Part shown: positions 52,865 through 64,000 of the stretch, piece by piece
Numbering within the stretch: the stretch's first letter is position 1
Layout: the number at the start of each line of letters is the position of its first letter
From: Octopus sinensis
Lineage: Eukaryota
DNA: 64,000 nt
Direction: 5' to 3'
NCBI RefSeq assembly: GCF_006345805.1
Contig: NC_042999.1
Coordinates: 141,608,001 to 141,672,000 of the forward strand
Program-made: the position numbers and the translations under genes
Notes under the pieces: model-generated
Database searches by the model: none
What the model was told of the DNA's origin: nothing
The model's input: only the letters and a program-made list of their open reading frames with translations

Positions 52865-54045
52865 CTAACAGAGATACCTGGTGTTGCTCAGGGTCAAAAT
52901 GGCATAGTTTATATATATATATATATATATTACAGCTATGTTGAAACAGGTGATATGGGAATGTGCAGTGTTAACAACAAAATATTTGTGCGCTAATTTA
53001 ACTAAGTGACATGTCATGTGTCTGTTGGTGTATTCTAGGTCCTAACCTGTCATGGAAAATTGGGGATGGGGGTATGTGATATTTGAATGCACCACAAAGC
53101 TGTTAGTTGATATACTCTGCTTTGTGGTTGTCAGCACTGCATCTAACATGACCCATTGTCTGAAGTTTTGACACCTCCTTTGGGTTTGTTGTTCTACATC
53201 ACTCATAAAGTAAATTTGGAAGAACTGTGGTCATTCATTTTTGAGTAAAAGGGAAGCAATGAGGTGATAAACTTGCCTTTGAACTTTGAACATTGGTGTA
53301 AATCCCTGTTCAACTATCTCCTTAGATACACCAAACGATGTCATTTGAAATGCAGTATTGTATTGTCTGATATTGTTCAGAAAATCTTTTGACTGGATGG
53401 AAATGCCTTTCAGAAGATCTGTAAGAGGTTGAGGAGGATCTGGCAATCTTACCTTACTGCCTGAGCAGCACATGCCATTAGTTTCATTTGGAAATTTTAA
53501 AGCTTTACAGAAATGACAATTTGAGTGTAGCACACCAATTTGAACAAAATTATTCTTTTTATAAGAATGGGATTTATCATATATGAAAGCAGCTCCAGGA
53601 GTTGTGAAGAGCGAATTTGTACATAGTCTGTTTCTGAGAGCTGTTCTATTGAACCTCTGTCTAATCATGAAAACGTTTTAATGATTCAGCATCAAGTGCT
53701 ACAGCATGCCTTTGCTGATCTTGGGAAAGTCTTATCTCTCTTCCCTCTTGAGACTCCATCTGACGTGCTGCAGCATGCATTTGCTGATCTTGAGAAAGTC
53801 TCATCTCACTTCTGTCTTGAGATTCCATTTGATGTGCTGAGCATGCATTTGATGATCTTTAGTTCCTACAATCCTCCTTGCTTTATACTTCTTTCTGGAG
53901 AGAGTATGTCTTTTCTTTGGTGGCATACACTGACACACCACTCCACTATCATGGCTGTAAAGACAGAAAGTTGCCGATGTGTAATGTTGTTCACATTAGG
54001 ATATAGATTATTCATTTATTTCAAATATAATAGAAAGAAGATGAT
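52865..54045 (-). mobile_element. Internally deleted Helitron retaining the Rep N-terminal Zn-finger region
   Basis: ORF 53231-53668: CHFCKALKFPNETNGMCCSGSKVRLP...FLNNIRQYNTAFQMTSFG...FKVQRQVYH. The 3' hairpin (cctggtgttgctcagg) and degenerate CTAG match the Helitron at 43704. The 5' end is approximate. Confidence 0.85.
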
Positions 54046-55055
54046 CTTAGTGTTATCACATTAGAATTAAAAGTAAAAGAATAAAAGTGAATCAATATTA
54101 TATCACATTACAATAAAAATCTTACTCTTTCTCTTTTGACACGTAATACTGAACCAGTGCCAATGTTGTATTGTTTTAGTCCAAATGAAAAAAGAAATTA
54201 TATGTTGATACTCACAGGGTCTAATATTATTACCTTGTAAGAGATTAATAACAATGTATAAACATTTGTATAGAACATGTGTTGGTAAGGTAAACCTCTT
54301 TAGGTAATATGAAACTTTCTAAGAGACTTTCACAGAGGAACTTATATTGATCTTATGAATCTGGTCATGTGCACTAGTTTGTGAAGGGTAAGTGAGAGAG
54401 ATTTGAGTCTGTTTAAAGAATTTACATTATGGTAGGTTAAAGTTTGGATGAATATTATTATTTGAGAAGATACAAATCAAGCATGGGTAGCTTTTTCAAG
54501 AACTGGGTCACATGAAACATGATTTATCATCAGGTAATGAACCATGTCTCATGCAACCCACTTCTTCAAAAATTTCATTTCATTAGGCATGTCATTCAGA
54601 AAGTCTTATGGGTTGCCCATGACCGATGTGAATATTTTTCAGCTTGTACTAACTACAGCTTCTGCTAAGAAGGTTGCTGATCATATCACGTCAATTGTAG
54701 ATCATTACATGGCTGTTATTGTGTTATTGCATTCCATTTGTGTGTGTTGTAGAAAACATAAACACATGTACACACATACAATCACACACTTATAGATCAA
54801 TGTGTTAACCATACTTAAAGCAGATATGTTGTTGAAAACCTGTTAAACTGAAATATATATCTGCTGCTGATATATTTCTGTGTTTTTTTAACACTATACA
54901 TCTATAAAAAATGCTTTGTTGAGATAAATACTGCAGTTTATCAGATTTTCAACAATATATCAGCTATAATTAGTATCGCTATATATATCAGCTATAATTA
55001 GTATTAGTATATATAGAATCATTCAACTTTATGATTCAAACTCTGAGTCATAAAT

Positions 55056-55056
<1 letters not shown>

Positions 55057-55147
<91 letters not shown>

Positions 55148-55183
55148 TATATATATATATATATGTATATATGTATATATATA

Positions 55184-55255
<72 letters not shown>

Positions 55256-55264
55256 TTATATGTA

Positions 55265-55362
<98 letters not shown>

Positions 55363-55368
55363 TATGTA

Positions 55369-55416
<48 letters not shown>

Positions 55417-55418
55417 TT
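55057..55418. repeat. Long interrupted (TA)n microsatellite of about 360 bp
   Basis: Read directly from the sequence. Confidence 0.95.
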
Positions 55419-56131
55419 GCTATTTCGAACTAATACTACTTGGTGTGCTAATAACAAACATATACTTATGTATATATGCATATATACAAGTGTGTGTGTG
55501 TGTATATATGTGTGTGTGAGTGTGTGTATGTTTGTGTCTCCTTGTTTTGACATCATGTGATAGTTGTGAGTGTCACTGTCATACAAGCAGGCAGTGCAAT
55601 TCATTTTTAATATTATGCAAAATAACATCTAACCATATGGAAATATCTTTCTTGGAGACAGATGATGATTGGTGACAAGGAGGGCATCTGACTGTAAAAA
55701 ATAAGCCTCAATATATTCCATTTGATCCTTGCTAGCTTTGAAAATTGGACAATAAAATGATGACGATGATGATGTTTTTCTATAAGTGGAGATGCTCACC
55801 ATGTCAAGCTTACCTTTATTTTGACATAGTATTATAGATATATATAAAAAGGCATGTAAATACTATGCTTCTTGAATATATTCCATTTCAGAACTGTTGA
55901 TATAGGTTTTTAAGACCAATTTTCCTCCAGAATAGTTGTTCTGGTATAGCAGAAGGACAAAAAAGTAAATATGTTACAATATTTTTCCATAAAATATTTC
56001 AAACTTCAACATTCTCTGTATTTCGTCTTTTAGCTGTCAGTGATCTGATTTTCAAGTCATTTGCAATCAGCTTTCTAGCATTTAGCCTTCTCCCATTCAA
56101 CTTTATGATTCAAACCCTGAGTCATAAATAC

Positions 56132-56171
<40 letters not shown>

Positions 56172-56339
56172 ATGTATATATGAAATTATTTTCAGGATCC
56201 AATAGAATTGGAGTATTTTAATAACAAAGACACCAAGGTAGAGTTGAGGATAGCATACCTGTGTATAAAGAATGCACAGATAAGTCTTTCCAGTTAAGTA
56301 TACATCCACAAGTATAGACCAAATACACCCAACATATAC

Positions 56340-57000
56340 ATAAAATTAAGAGGTCCAGGAGAGGCTACTTTTCTTGTCAATACTATTGTTATTCTCTAGC
56401 TTATGGGGTATGTACCCATGCACTGCATTTTGTTGGTATGATGCCTGCTTTTCCCCCAAGCTTCCACTTAGGTAGGCCAGTCCAGCCTCCTTTGGGTCAC
56501 ATGAGACAGTTGTATTCTCAGAGTACCTGCTCAGTAGTTCTTCTTCAACTCTCTAAGATGTTGTTGCTTTCACTTCTGAGTATTCATGGAATGTACTCAT
56601 TTCCTTCTTTACTGTTCAGCAAATATTGTTTGACTGATGCAATGCAACATTCAAAGGCTGTCTGGTCTGACCTTCTGCCTCTACTACCATCACTTCATCA
56701 CACATAGATCCTATCAGTATCACTGTTGATATGGAAGTTGCCATTGGTGGTCAGTACCTTTTTAATTTTGATGTCCAGACTGAGGATCCCATTAAATGTC
56801 CAGTTCAATATCCCAAATGTTAATACTAGCACTAGCACTGTAAAAACATTGAGATATGGTCTTGTTAACAGCAGACAGCTTTGAGTTCCATATTTTCCAG
56901 AGTCTATAGAAGTACTCTTTTTCTATTCTGGCTTTAGTCACAGAACCAATGTATGTAACACACTCATCAATTTTTAGATACTTATTGTTTTTATAATTAC
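56340..57000 (-). mobile_element. Non-LTR retrotransposon fragment, R4/Dong-like post-RT region
   Basis: RLWKIWNSKLSAVNKTI, ILSLDIKIKKVLTTNGNFHINSDTDRI and EVMVVEAEGQT (GGRGL-like region) in broken frames. The clade assignment is by recall. Confidence 0.55.
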
Positions 57001-57460
57001 AGACAAGGGAGACATGCATGAATGTATGCATGTATGTATGTATGTATGTATGTATGTATGTATGTATGTATGTATGTATGTATGTATGTATGTATGTATG
57101 TATGTATGTATGTATGTATGTTTGTATGTATGTATGTATGTATGGATGGATGGATGGATGGTTGTAGGTATGCATGGATGTACATACATGCATTTACATT
57201 CACATACACACATGCTTTCATGTACATGTGCATGCAAGCACACAAAAGTGTGCATAAGTCTATGTATACATTTGCATATACATACATATGTGTATAGAGC
57301 AACAAGACACAGAAGGGTCCCACAAGGCCTATCTTTGTCCTGCTGCTATCCATATATATGTATATGCATTTATATAAACAAAGTATTATTCACTTAAAAT
57401 GGTCAACGTCTAATTAAAAATTGAACAATGCCCAACTTGTTGAAAATTCCAAAAGAATGA

Positions 57461-57505
<45 letters not shown>

Positions 57506-57517
57506 TTCATCAGTTAC

Positions 57518-57617
57518 CATCTGTAACAAACATGCTTATTTCTGCTTTCACTCCTCCATGTGGAAAAACAGTATCTTGTGAATGCAAACTATAGATACCA
57601 GCTGGTAATGTAGGGGG
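57518..57617 (-). CDS. Exon A, the most 5' confident exon of the unnamed gene
   Basis: ttctttcactgatgcctttatatccag|CCC CCT...ACA GAT G|gtaact; encodes PPTLPAGIYSLHSQDTVFPHGGVKAEISMFVTD. Phase 1 out joins exon B. An in-frame ATG at 57533 could be the start. Confidence 0.7.
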
Positions 57618-59458
57618 CTGGATATAAAGGCATCAGTGAAAGAATCTACAAAAATAAATGAGCTTATATATAATCAAATAAATACTGCTAAACCTCTTAA
57701 GTGCTCAACTTGAAATATAATTTGTGGAGATAATTCGATAAATGGCAATTAGACACACATGGGAGGGAGCATGGAAAGCATCTTAACTTACTTATTCATG
57801 CATTTAACATAGCCAACAAGTAATTAAAAATTTGATAGGGTTCATCATCATTTAATGCTGTCTTCCATGTTGGTATGGACTGGACAGTTTGATGGTAGCT
57901 GGCAAGCCTGAGGACTGCACCAACCCCCCACCATCTGCTTTGGCATTTTGCAGCTGGATGCCCTTCCTAATGCCAATCATTTTACAGAGTGTACTAGGTG
58001 CTTTTTACATAGCACCAATACCAGCAAGGTTTGCTTTGGTATAGCTTTTATGATTGGATCCCCTTCCCAATGCCAACCCCTTTACAGAGTTGATTGAGTG
58101 CTTTTTACTTAGCACCAGCACCAGTGAGGTCACTAAATAGCTTGCAAGACAAAGATCCTTTGAGAGGTGGGGTGGTATTAAAGGAGGTGGCTTTGTTCCA
58201 AATAATGAGAAGTTAGATTATGACAGAGGGACAGAAACAGGCACCTTGCTGTAGAAGAAGTACATGGTTACCTCAGTTAGAGGGAGAGAGAAAAAGAGAG
58301 AGACAGACAGACAGACAGAGAAATAGTAGTTATGAGCCAGGGTATACTCTCAAGGTACAAGGATGTGAATATTAATGAAATGGTAGAAGATTGCCCAGGG
58401 TGCGTAAGTAGGGAGTTTATGAGAATGCCAAAAGATGGGGAAAGGAGGAGAATGCAGTAACCGGTAAAACCTGGGTAAAGGGAAAACAGCAGAATAACAA
58501 TGGTACTGTTGGCAGGGCGAGAGGACAGGATTGGGGTGCAGGAATGGGGAGGGAGAGATAAGCATAGTGCATGAAGAAGAGGAGATGAGAGAAAGAGGAA
58601 AAGAGGAAAAGAGGTGAGGTTGTTTGGTTTATGAAAATAGGGTGAAATTAATGTACATATGGGTGAAACATAGTGCTTCTAGGACTCCGTTTTTGCTGAG
58701 GTGGATGGGGCTTCTCAAGAACTTCAAATCACCAGATATCTCAGTCCATTGTCATCTCCTCTGTGAAGCCCAACATCTTGAGATCAGCCCTCACTACTTC
58801 ATCCTATGTTTTCTTGGGTCTCCCTCTTTCACAGGTGACATCCACTTAAGCAATCAGTACTTCATACAGCTGTCTTCAATCATACACATTACATGTCCAA
58901 ACCAACGTAGTCTTATCTCTTGCATGCTACATCTTATGACCAGACCAAATGTGAAAGAAATGAATTTCAGATATACCATACACAGAAAATGTGTATATTT
59001 TCTTCATCAGTTACTTTCTGCAACAAGCAGAAAGATAGTGTCGCATGAAGTCAAATTATAATAGATGTTAGTCATGTCGGATGCAATAAAATAAAAACAA
59101 AAACTCAACCTAGATGGAATGTGCAAAACTGAACAGGCTTATATGTTAACATGTAGTTGTATAGGTATATCATCATCATCATCATCATTTAAAGTCTGTT
59201 TTCCATGCTAGCATGAGTTGGAAGGCTTGAAAGGGGCTGGCAAGCCAGAGGACTGTACCAAACACCACTGTCTCTTTTGGTATGGTTTTTTTTTTATGGC
59301 TGGATGCTCTTCCTAATGCCAATTACTTTACAGAATGTATTGGGTGCTTTTCATGTGGCAATCAGCCCTGGTAAGATCTGTTTTGGCAGATTTTTATGGT
59401 TGGATCCCCATCCTAATGACAACCACTTTACAGAGTGGGCTAGGTGCTTTTTATGTGG

Positions 59459-59519
<61 letters not shown>

Positions 59520-59525
59520 TAGATT

Positions 59526-59568
<43 letters not shown>

Positions 59569-59927
59569 CACACATATATATATCATCATCATCAACATTG
59601 TTTAACATCTGCCTCCCATGCCAGCATATGTGTGTGTGTGTAAACATTAGTTGTGCAAGGGTGCATATATGTCTGTGTATGTGCAGGTGTGTGCATAACA
59701 AAACTATGCAAACAATGCAAAAACATGTACAATAAAGTCAACAACATGCCCTCTTTGACTAAAAACAGCCAGTACAAGATACAGGCAACCTATGTTTCAA
59801 ATAATTATTTACATTGATATGTTAACCTATCATATTGGAATTCATTACAAGCTTCTTAATAGAATTCTCTTTTAGAATATTTCATAGGAATATTTACAAA
59901 GAACTTTATTATAGATTTTCACCTTAC

Positions 59928-59941
59928 CAACAGATGTTGTT
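59928..59941 (-). other. Candidate 14-nt microexon
   Basis: aatttctgtag|AACAACATCTGTTG|gtaagg; both splice sites are strong. Phase 1 to 0 reading xQHLL would lead into exon A. Confidence 0.3.
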
Positions 59942-60479
59942 CTACAGAAATTATTACAAATTTTTATTCGTTTCAACAATGTTAAATGTCCATATGTGAA
60001 ATCAGTAATCCTTGTCAGGTTTAACAGCATAAACCAAACAGATCTAATCCATAGTTATACTGAAAAAGCTTCATTAACCATAAAATCAGTTGCCTGAGGA
60101 TCAGGTAGGAGAAACTCCAGGTGGTGACTCACTGAGATTCAACTTTGATTAAATATTATCCTCTCTATCTAACATTAAGAGTATTTTCTTTTGCTTAAAT
60201 GTATTTCAAACCAATATGATACCACCAACTGTTACACACACACACGTGCGCATACGTACATACATACATGCAAGCATGCCTGCATGCACGTACGCATATA
60301 TGCATGCATGCTACACGCGTATAGGACCCATGCAGACTCAGCTTTGAATAAATAATGTTATTCCATTCTAAATAACAATATTGATACCGGTGTGAAATCA
60401 TGATCATCCATATGTACATATATCCATACGCATATACATACATATAAATGTATGCATGTAACTATGTATATCAGTGTAG

Positions 60480-61100
60480 TTATGTATTTGTGTTTGTCTG
60501 CAACTGAGTGCGTGAAAATATTTTTTCGCACTCAAGAGAATTATCACGTATTTCAAAACGTTCTATTTTATGCACTCGTTCTATAATTACCCGTAAAACG
60601 TTATGAAACGGAGTAACTTCCCCTGTGTTGTCCCCTCGTGTGTAGTGAGTACCGAAGTGATTTGTATGGGCGTGACCTCCTCCTACTTCAGTGTGGGAAC
60701 AATACAGAAAGAACCAGGACGTCGGTAGGCGCTTAGACAGCCGTGGTGGGACTTAGAAATTACGAGTACATTCCACACTGTGGTGCTTAGTTGTTCATTC
60801 GTTAATTGAGTGTAATTAGTGTGTGTATGTGTGTTCTTTTTTTCTCTCCCCCAACTGGGCCAAGTCAATCAGCATTAGCTCTAGAATAGCTTGGCTGACT
60901 AAGGTTTACATGGAGTCAAGGTAGCAGCAGGATCGTGACGGTGGCAGCAGTGGACGTTACAAGAGATTGGCGCTTGATTCCAGTAAATAATGTGTTCCTT
61001 CTAACATTGGGTAGATTTAAGGAACAGAAAGAAAAAAATTGAAATCAAAACTGGAGCGGGAAAAGTAAAAAGCTACACTAGAACATTCGTAAGTAAATAG
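60480..61100. promoter_or_regulatory. CpG-rich putative bidirectional promoter region
   Basis: CG dinucleotides are visibly frequent from about 60.5 to 63.5 kb but rare in the rest of the window. The region lies between the 5' ends of two divergent genes. Confidence 0.6.
60900..61088 (+). other. Probable non-coding first exon of Ras; start position approximate
   Basis: Consensus donor CATTC|gtaagt at 61088/61089 within the CpG-rich region, upstream of the acceptor at 61818. Confidence 0.5.
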
Positions 61101-61818
61101 TATTTTTCAGTTTCTCCTTTAAGATTGTTAAATCACCTCTCCGCTTTCTTCATCTCTTTGCTTTATAGACATACTTTTTATTTACAGATAGTATTTATAT
61201 TACTGAATTGTTTGCAGATGGATGTTGTAGTTTTAGCTTCACACAAACACTTTTAAAAGCAGTTCGATCTGTTTACACCTGAAATAATATTCAAATTTAC
61301 CTTTTCTTACTACTCAAGTGTTAGTGTACGGAAGAAAGGTGGAAAATACGCTTTGCTATAATGACACATTTTTCTGTTATTTTTTTGAAAGCAAAATTAC
61401 TATATTGGTTTATACTTCCTACCGTTGTTTGCTAGTTATTGCTTCGTCAGACAATCATATTGCTTGACACCACAACATGGACTACTAAAACTGAACCATC
61501 TTCACATTACAATTTAAATTTCACACCCCGACTCACGCTTCACCTCCCTACCAAACTTAAAACTCGCTGCTTTCTTTCCACGAGTTGGCGGGTTTTATCC
61601 AAAGGTTTGTTTGCGTGTATCTGATGTTTTTTCCTTAAAACAAATCAGGAATAGAAAATTTAAAATTAAAAAAATTAAGGAGAACGACGAGTAAAGATTT
61701 AGATTTACCCTTGCACTGATTTTGTGTCGCGATAGCCAATTAAAAAAATTCTTTTTGTTTGCATTCATATTCATATAGTGTAATACTGATTTTTTTTTCT
61801 TTCTTTCTATTTTCGAAG

Positions 61819-61946
61819 GAGTACACGATTGAAGAAGTCACTAAAAAAAAAAAGGATTATATATTTATAGTAAATATATTTTATTTGCATATTGAGAGAA
61901 TTATCTCCCTGAAAGTGTTAAGAACGTTGGAAGCTACGACTGCCTG
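61819..61946 (+). other. 5'UTR part of the Ras first coding exon
   Basis: Long polypyrimidine tract ttttttttcttctttctattttcgaag|GAG at 61818/61819; no ATG before 61947. Confidence 0.55.
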
Positions 61947-61977
61947 ATGACTGAATATAAGTTGGTTGTGGTTGGAG
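61947..61977 (+). CDS. ras: Ras small GTPase (HRAS/KRAS/NRAS-type), first coding exon; the rest lies beyond the window
   Basis: ATG ACT GAA TAT AAG TTG GTT GTG GTT GGA G|gtaagt = MTEYKLVVVG, the conserved N-terminus of p21 Ras, followed by a perfect donor site. Confidence 0.92.
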
Positions 61978-63796
61978 GTAAGTGGAATTCAAAACTTGTC
62001 TAATAAAATCATATTTCCGTGTGTACACATGTATCTGAACAGGGCGTTGGTCTCGAGTTGTTTATAGTTCATGACTGACCTGTCTAGCTGCCATATGAGC
62101 ACGCGAACTAAATTTTATATAGTTGATCAAGATGCATTCACTGACTCATTGTAATAAGTCTTCATGTGTAATTTACCCGAGGTTGACACATACATGCACC
62201 TGCTATAAAGTGATAGAATCTCCCTCTCCTTAAAAAGCTGGGATTATTTCCTACTTGAGACAGTTGGGCGATTATGCAAATTTTATTAACTGATGTCATT
62301 ACCTTGTTTAGTTCAGATATTTCGCATGATACACTTTTTTAAAACTTACATTTGATATTTTTAAATGATGCCTGTATTCTTTAATTTCTATAACCACAAG
62401 TTCTTAAAAGCATGTCCCAACAGTCAATATGGCATAGAAATTTTTTTAAATGTTTCGATATTATGTAAACCTGTTGGCAGTTTAGTGGGAAATAATGTTG
62501 TGTAATTATTATGGTGTCATTTCTCCTGGTTTAATGACTGTAGGATGTGCAGGGTAGTTAGTAATGAAACTACCACCCCGCCACTACAATCATCAATCTG
62601 CTGCTGTGTTTTCGTCGATTTTTATTAAATTACAAAGCAGCATCTTGTGCTGACTTTATCTCTACTGTCTGTACCCCAACATCCCGTTCTCGTTTCATGC
62701 TTTTATTTATTGTTTTCTTCAAGTAATGTAGCCGCACCCCGGTTTCTTAATCGAGTAGTGTATGTGCTTTTAAATTCAATGGTTACGTTCACAGCTGGTT
62801 GCTGTGACTGAATTTGGACCGATTGTGTATGTTAAATTTGAACTATATTTGACCTCGGATCTCCGACTTAACTAACTTTTCTCTTAAACGATGTTTATTC
62901 TCACCAATGAAGTTAATGAAAATAATCTTTCATGCACGCCAGGATCTTTTATGCTTCATTGATTTGCCTCTGGTATGCAAATAACTTAAATGATTGTACG
63001 TTCTCTCACTTTGCTTGCTTCAACTGTAGTTGAAGGGATAAATTATATTTAGGAAGGACAAATTATTATATACGATTAACCGTCGTATTTTCGAAGCCTA
63101 GCAGTTACTACCAAAGAAAAAAAAAACCTTGTTTTCATCTGCCTTCTCCCAGTTACCCCCTCCCCCAATAAATTCTTTCTGCTGATACTATATGTAAATT
63201 GGTGAGTGGGAAGGATGGCTCTATCATTTATGTTGCCTATAGTTATTAGTTGGAGTTTAACTTAAACTGCTTTATTTATCCGCCTCTTTCTCCCTAGTCT
63301 CCTTGCTCGAAATAAACAATCAAATATTGGCAAAGATTGAGGGCATAGTCAATATATCTATTCCCATCCCTGCTATATTGCGCGCGTGCGCGTATTCGTT
63401 CAAAGCCGATGATTCACTCTGTCGCTAATCAGAGTTTCTCGTTATGACGAGCTTTCAAGTAACGAACTACTCGTACTCCCTTTTGTACATTTAAATGTGT
63501 GTGGTATATCGTTTTTCGACTATTCAGAAATGTTATTTAAATTACTGAAGTCTTTCTCTCATAACTGTTAGAGGAAATGCTTTGGATAGATTAAATATTT
63601 GAAATAAAGGGTACAATACTGATATTTTGTAAAGGTGCAAGGTATTCATATTTATAAGATATGAGAATTGAGATGTGAGAGCAAATTATTCATTGCCCAA
63701 AAGCGTTCGAGTCGTAAGTAAAGGTGAATAGCCAGGTTGCCGGGTAGAAAACGTGGGATTGAACAGATGAATTGTTCTCGTAAATTGTGTGTGTGC

Positions 63797-63853
<57 letters not shown>

Positions 63854-64000
63854 CACATGGTATGTAAGGGTGAGGCAGAAATGGAGAGCTGAATTGAATA
63901 CCGTATAGTATTTTATTTTGTTCAAAGTTCTGATGCTTGCGACTAACAATCATCCTTCTATCATCAATAGGCGATCTTAAGATCGCCCATCAATAAAATA

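Noticed and set aside
54544-54795. Plus-strand ORF with a protein-like stretch LVLTTASAKKVADHITSIVDHY after a ttttcag acceptor
   Set aside because: No donor site or partner exons; the opposite strand shows an ETWF endonuclease-like LINE remnant.

Overview
AT-rich, microsatellite-dense eukaryotic genomic DNA. The repeat content (RTE LINEs, tRNA-derived SINEs, (GAT)n-tailed repeats) looks like an octopus/cephalopod genome; this is an inference. Nearly all ORFs in the supplied track are artefacts of simple repeats or decayed transposons. Two host genes are supported. (1) A spliced protein-coding gene on the minus strand that I cannot name: seven exons between 57617 and 2425 join in one continuous 238-aa frame with consistent intron phases, and it probably continues past position 1. 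(2) The 5' end of a canonical Ras gene on the plus strand (MTEYKLVVVG at 61947), head-to-head with the first gene across a CpG-rich region near 60.5-61.1 kb. The introns hold RTE, R4-like and CR1-like LINE remnants, Tc1/mariner, Tigger/pogo and Helitron remnants, MITEs and SINEs. The most unexpected signal is several long fold-back or dispersed repeats carrying minimal type I hammerhead ribozyme motifs (CUGANGA...GAAAC-palindrome-GUH), typical of Penelope-like elements. Most lie on the strand of the host pre-mRNA. No CRISPR arrays, rRNA or intact tRNA genes were seen.
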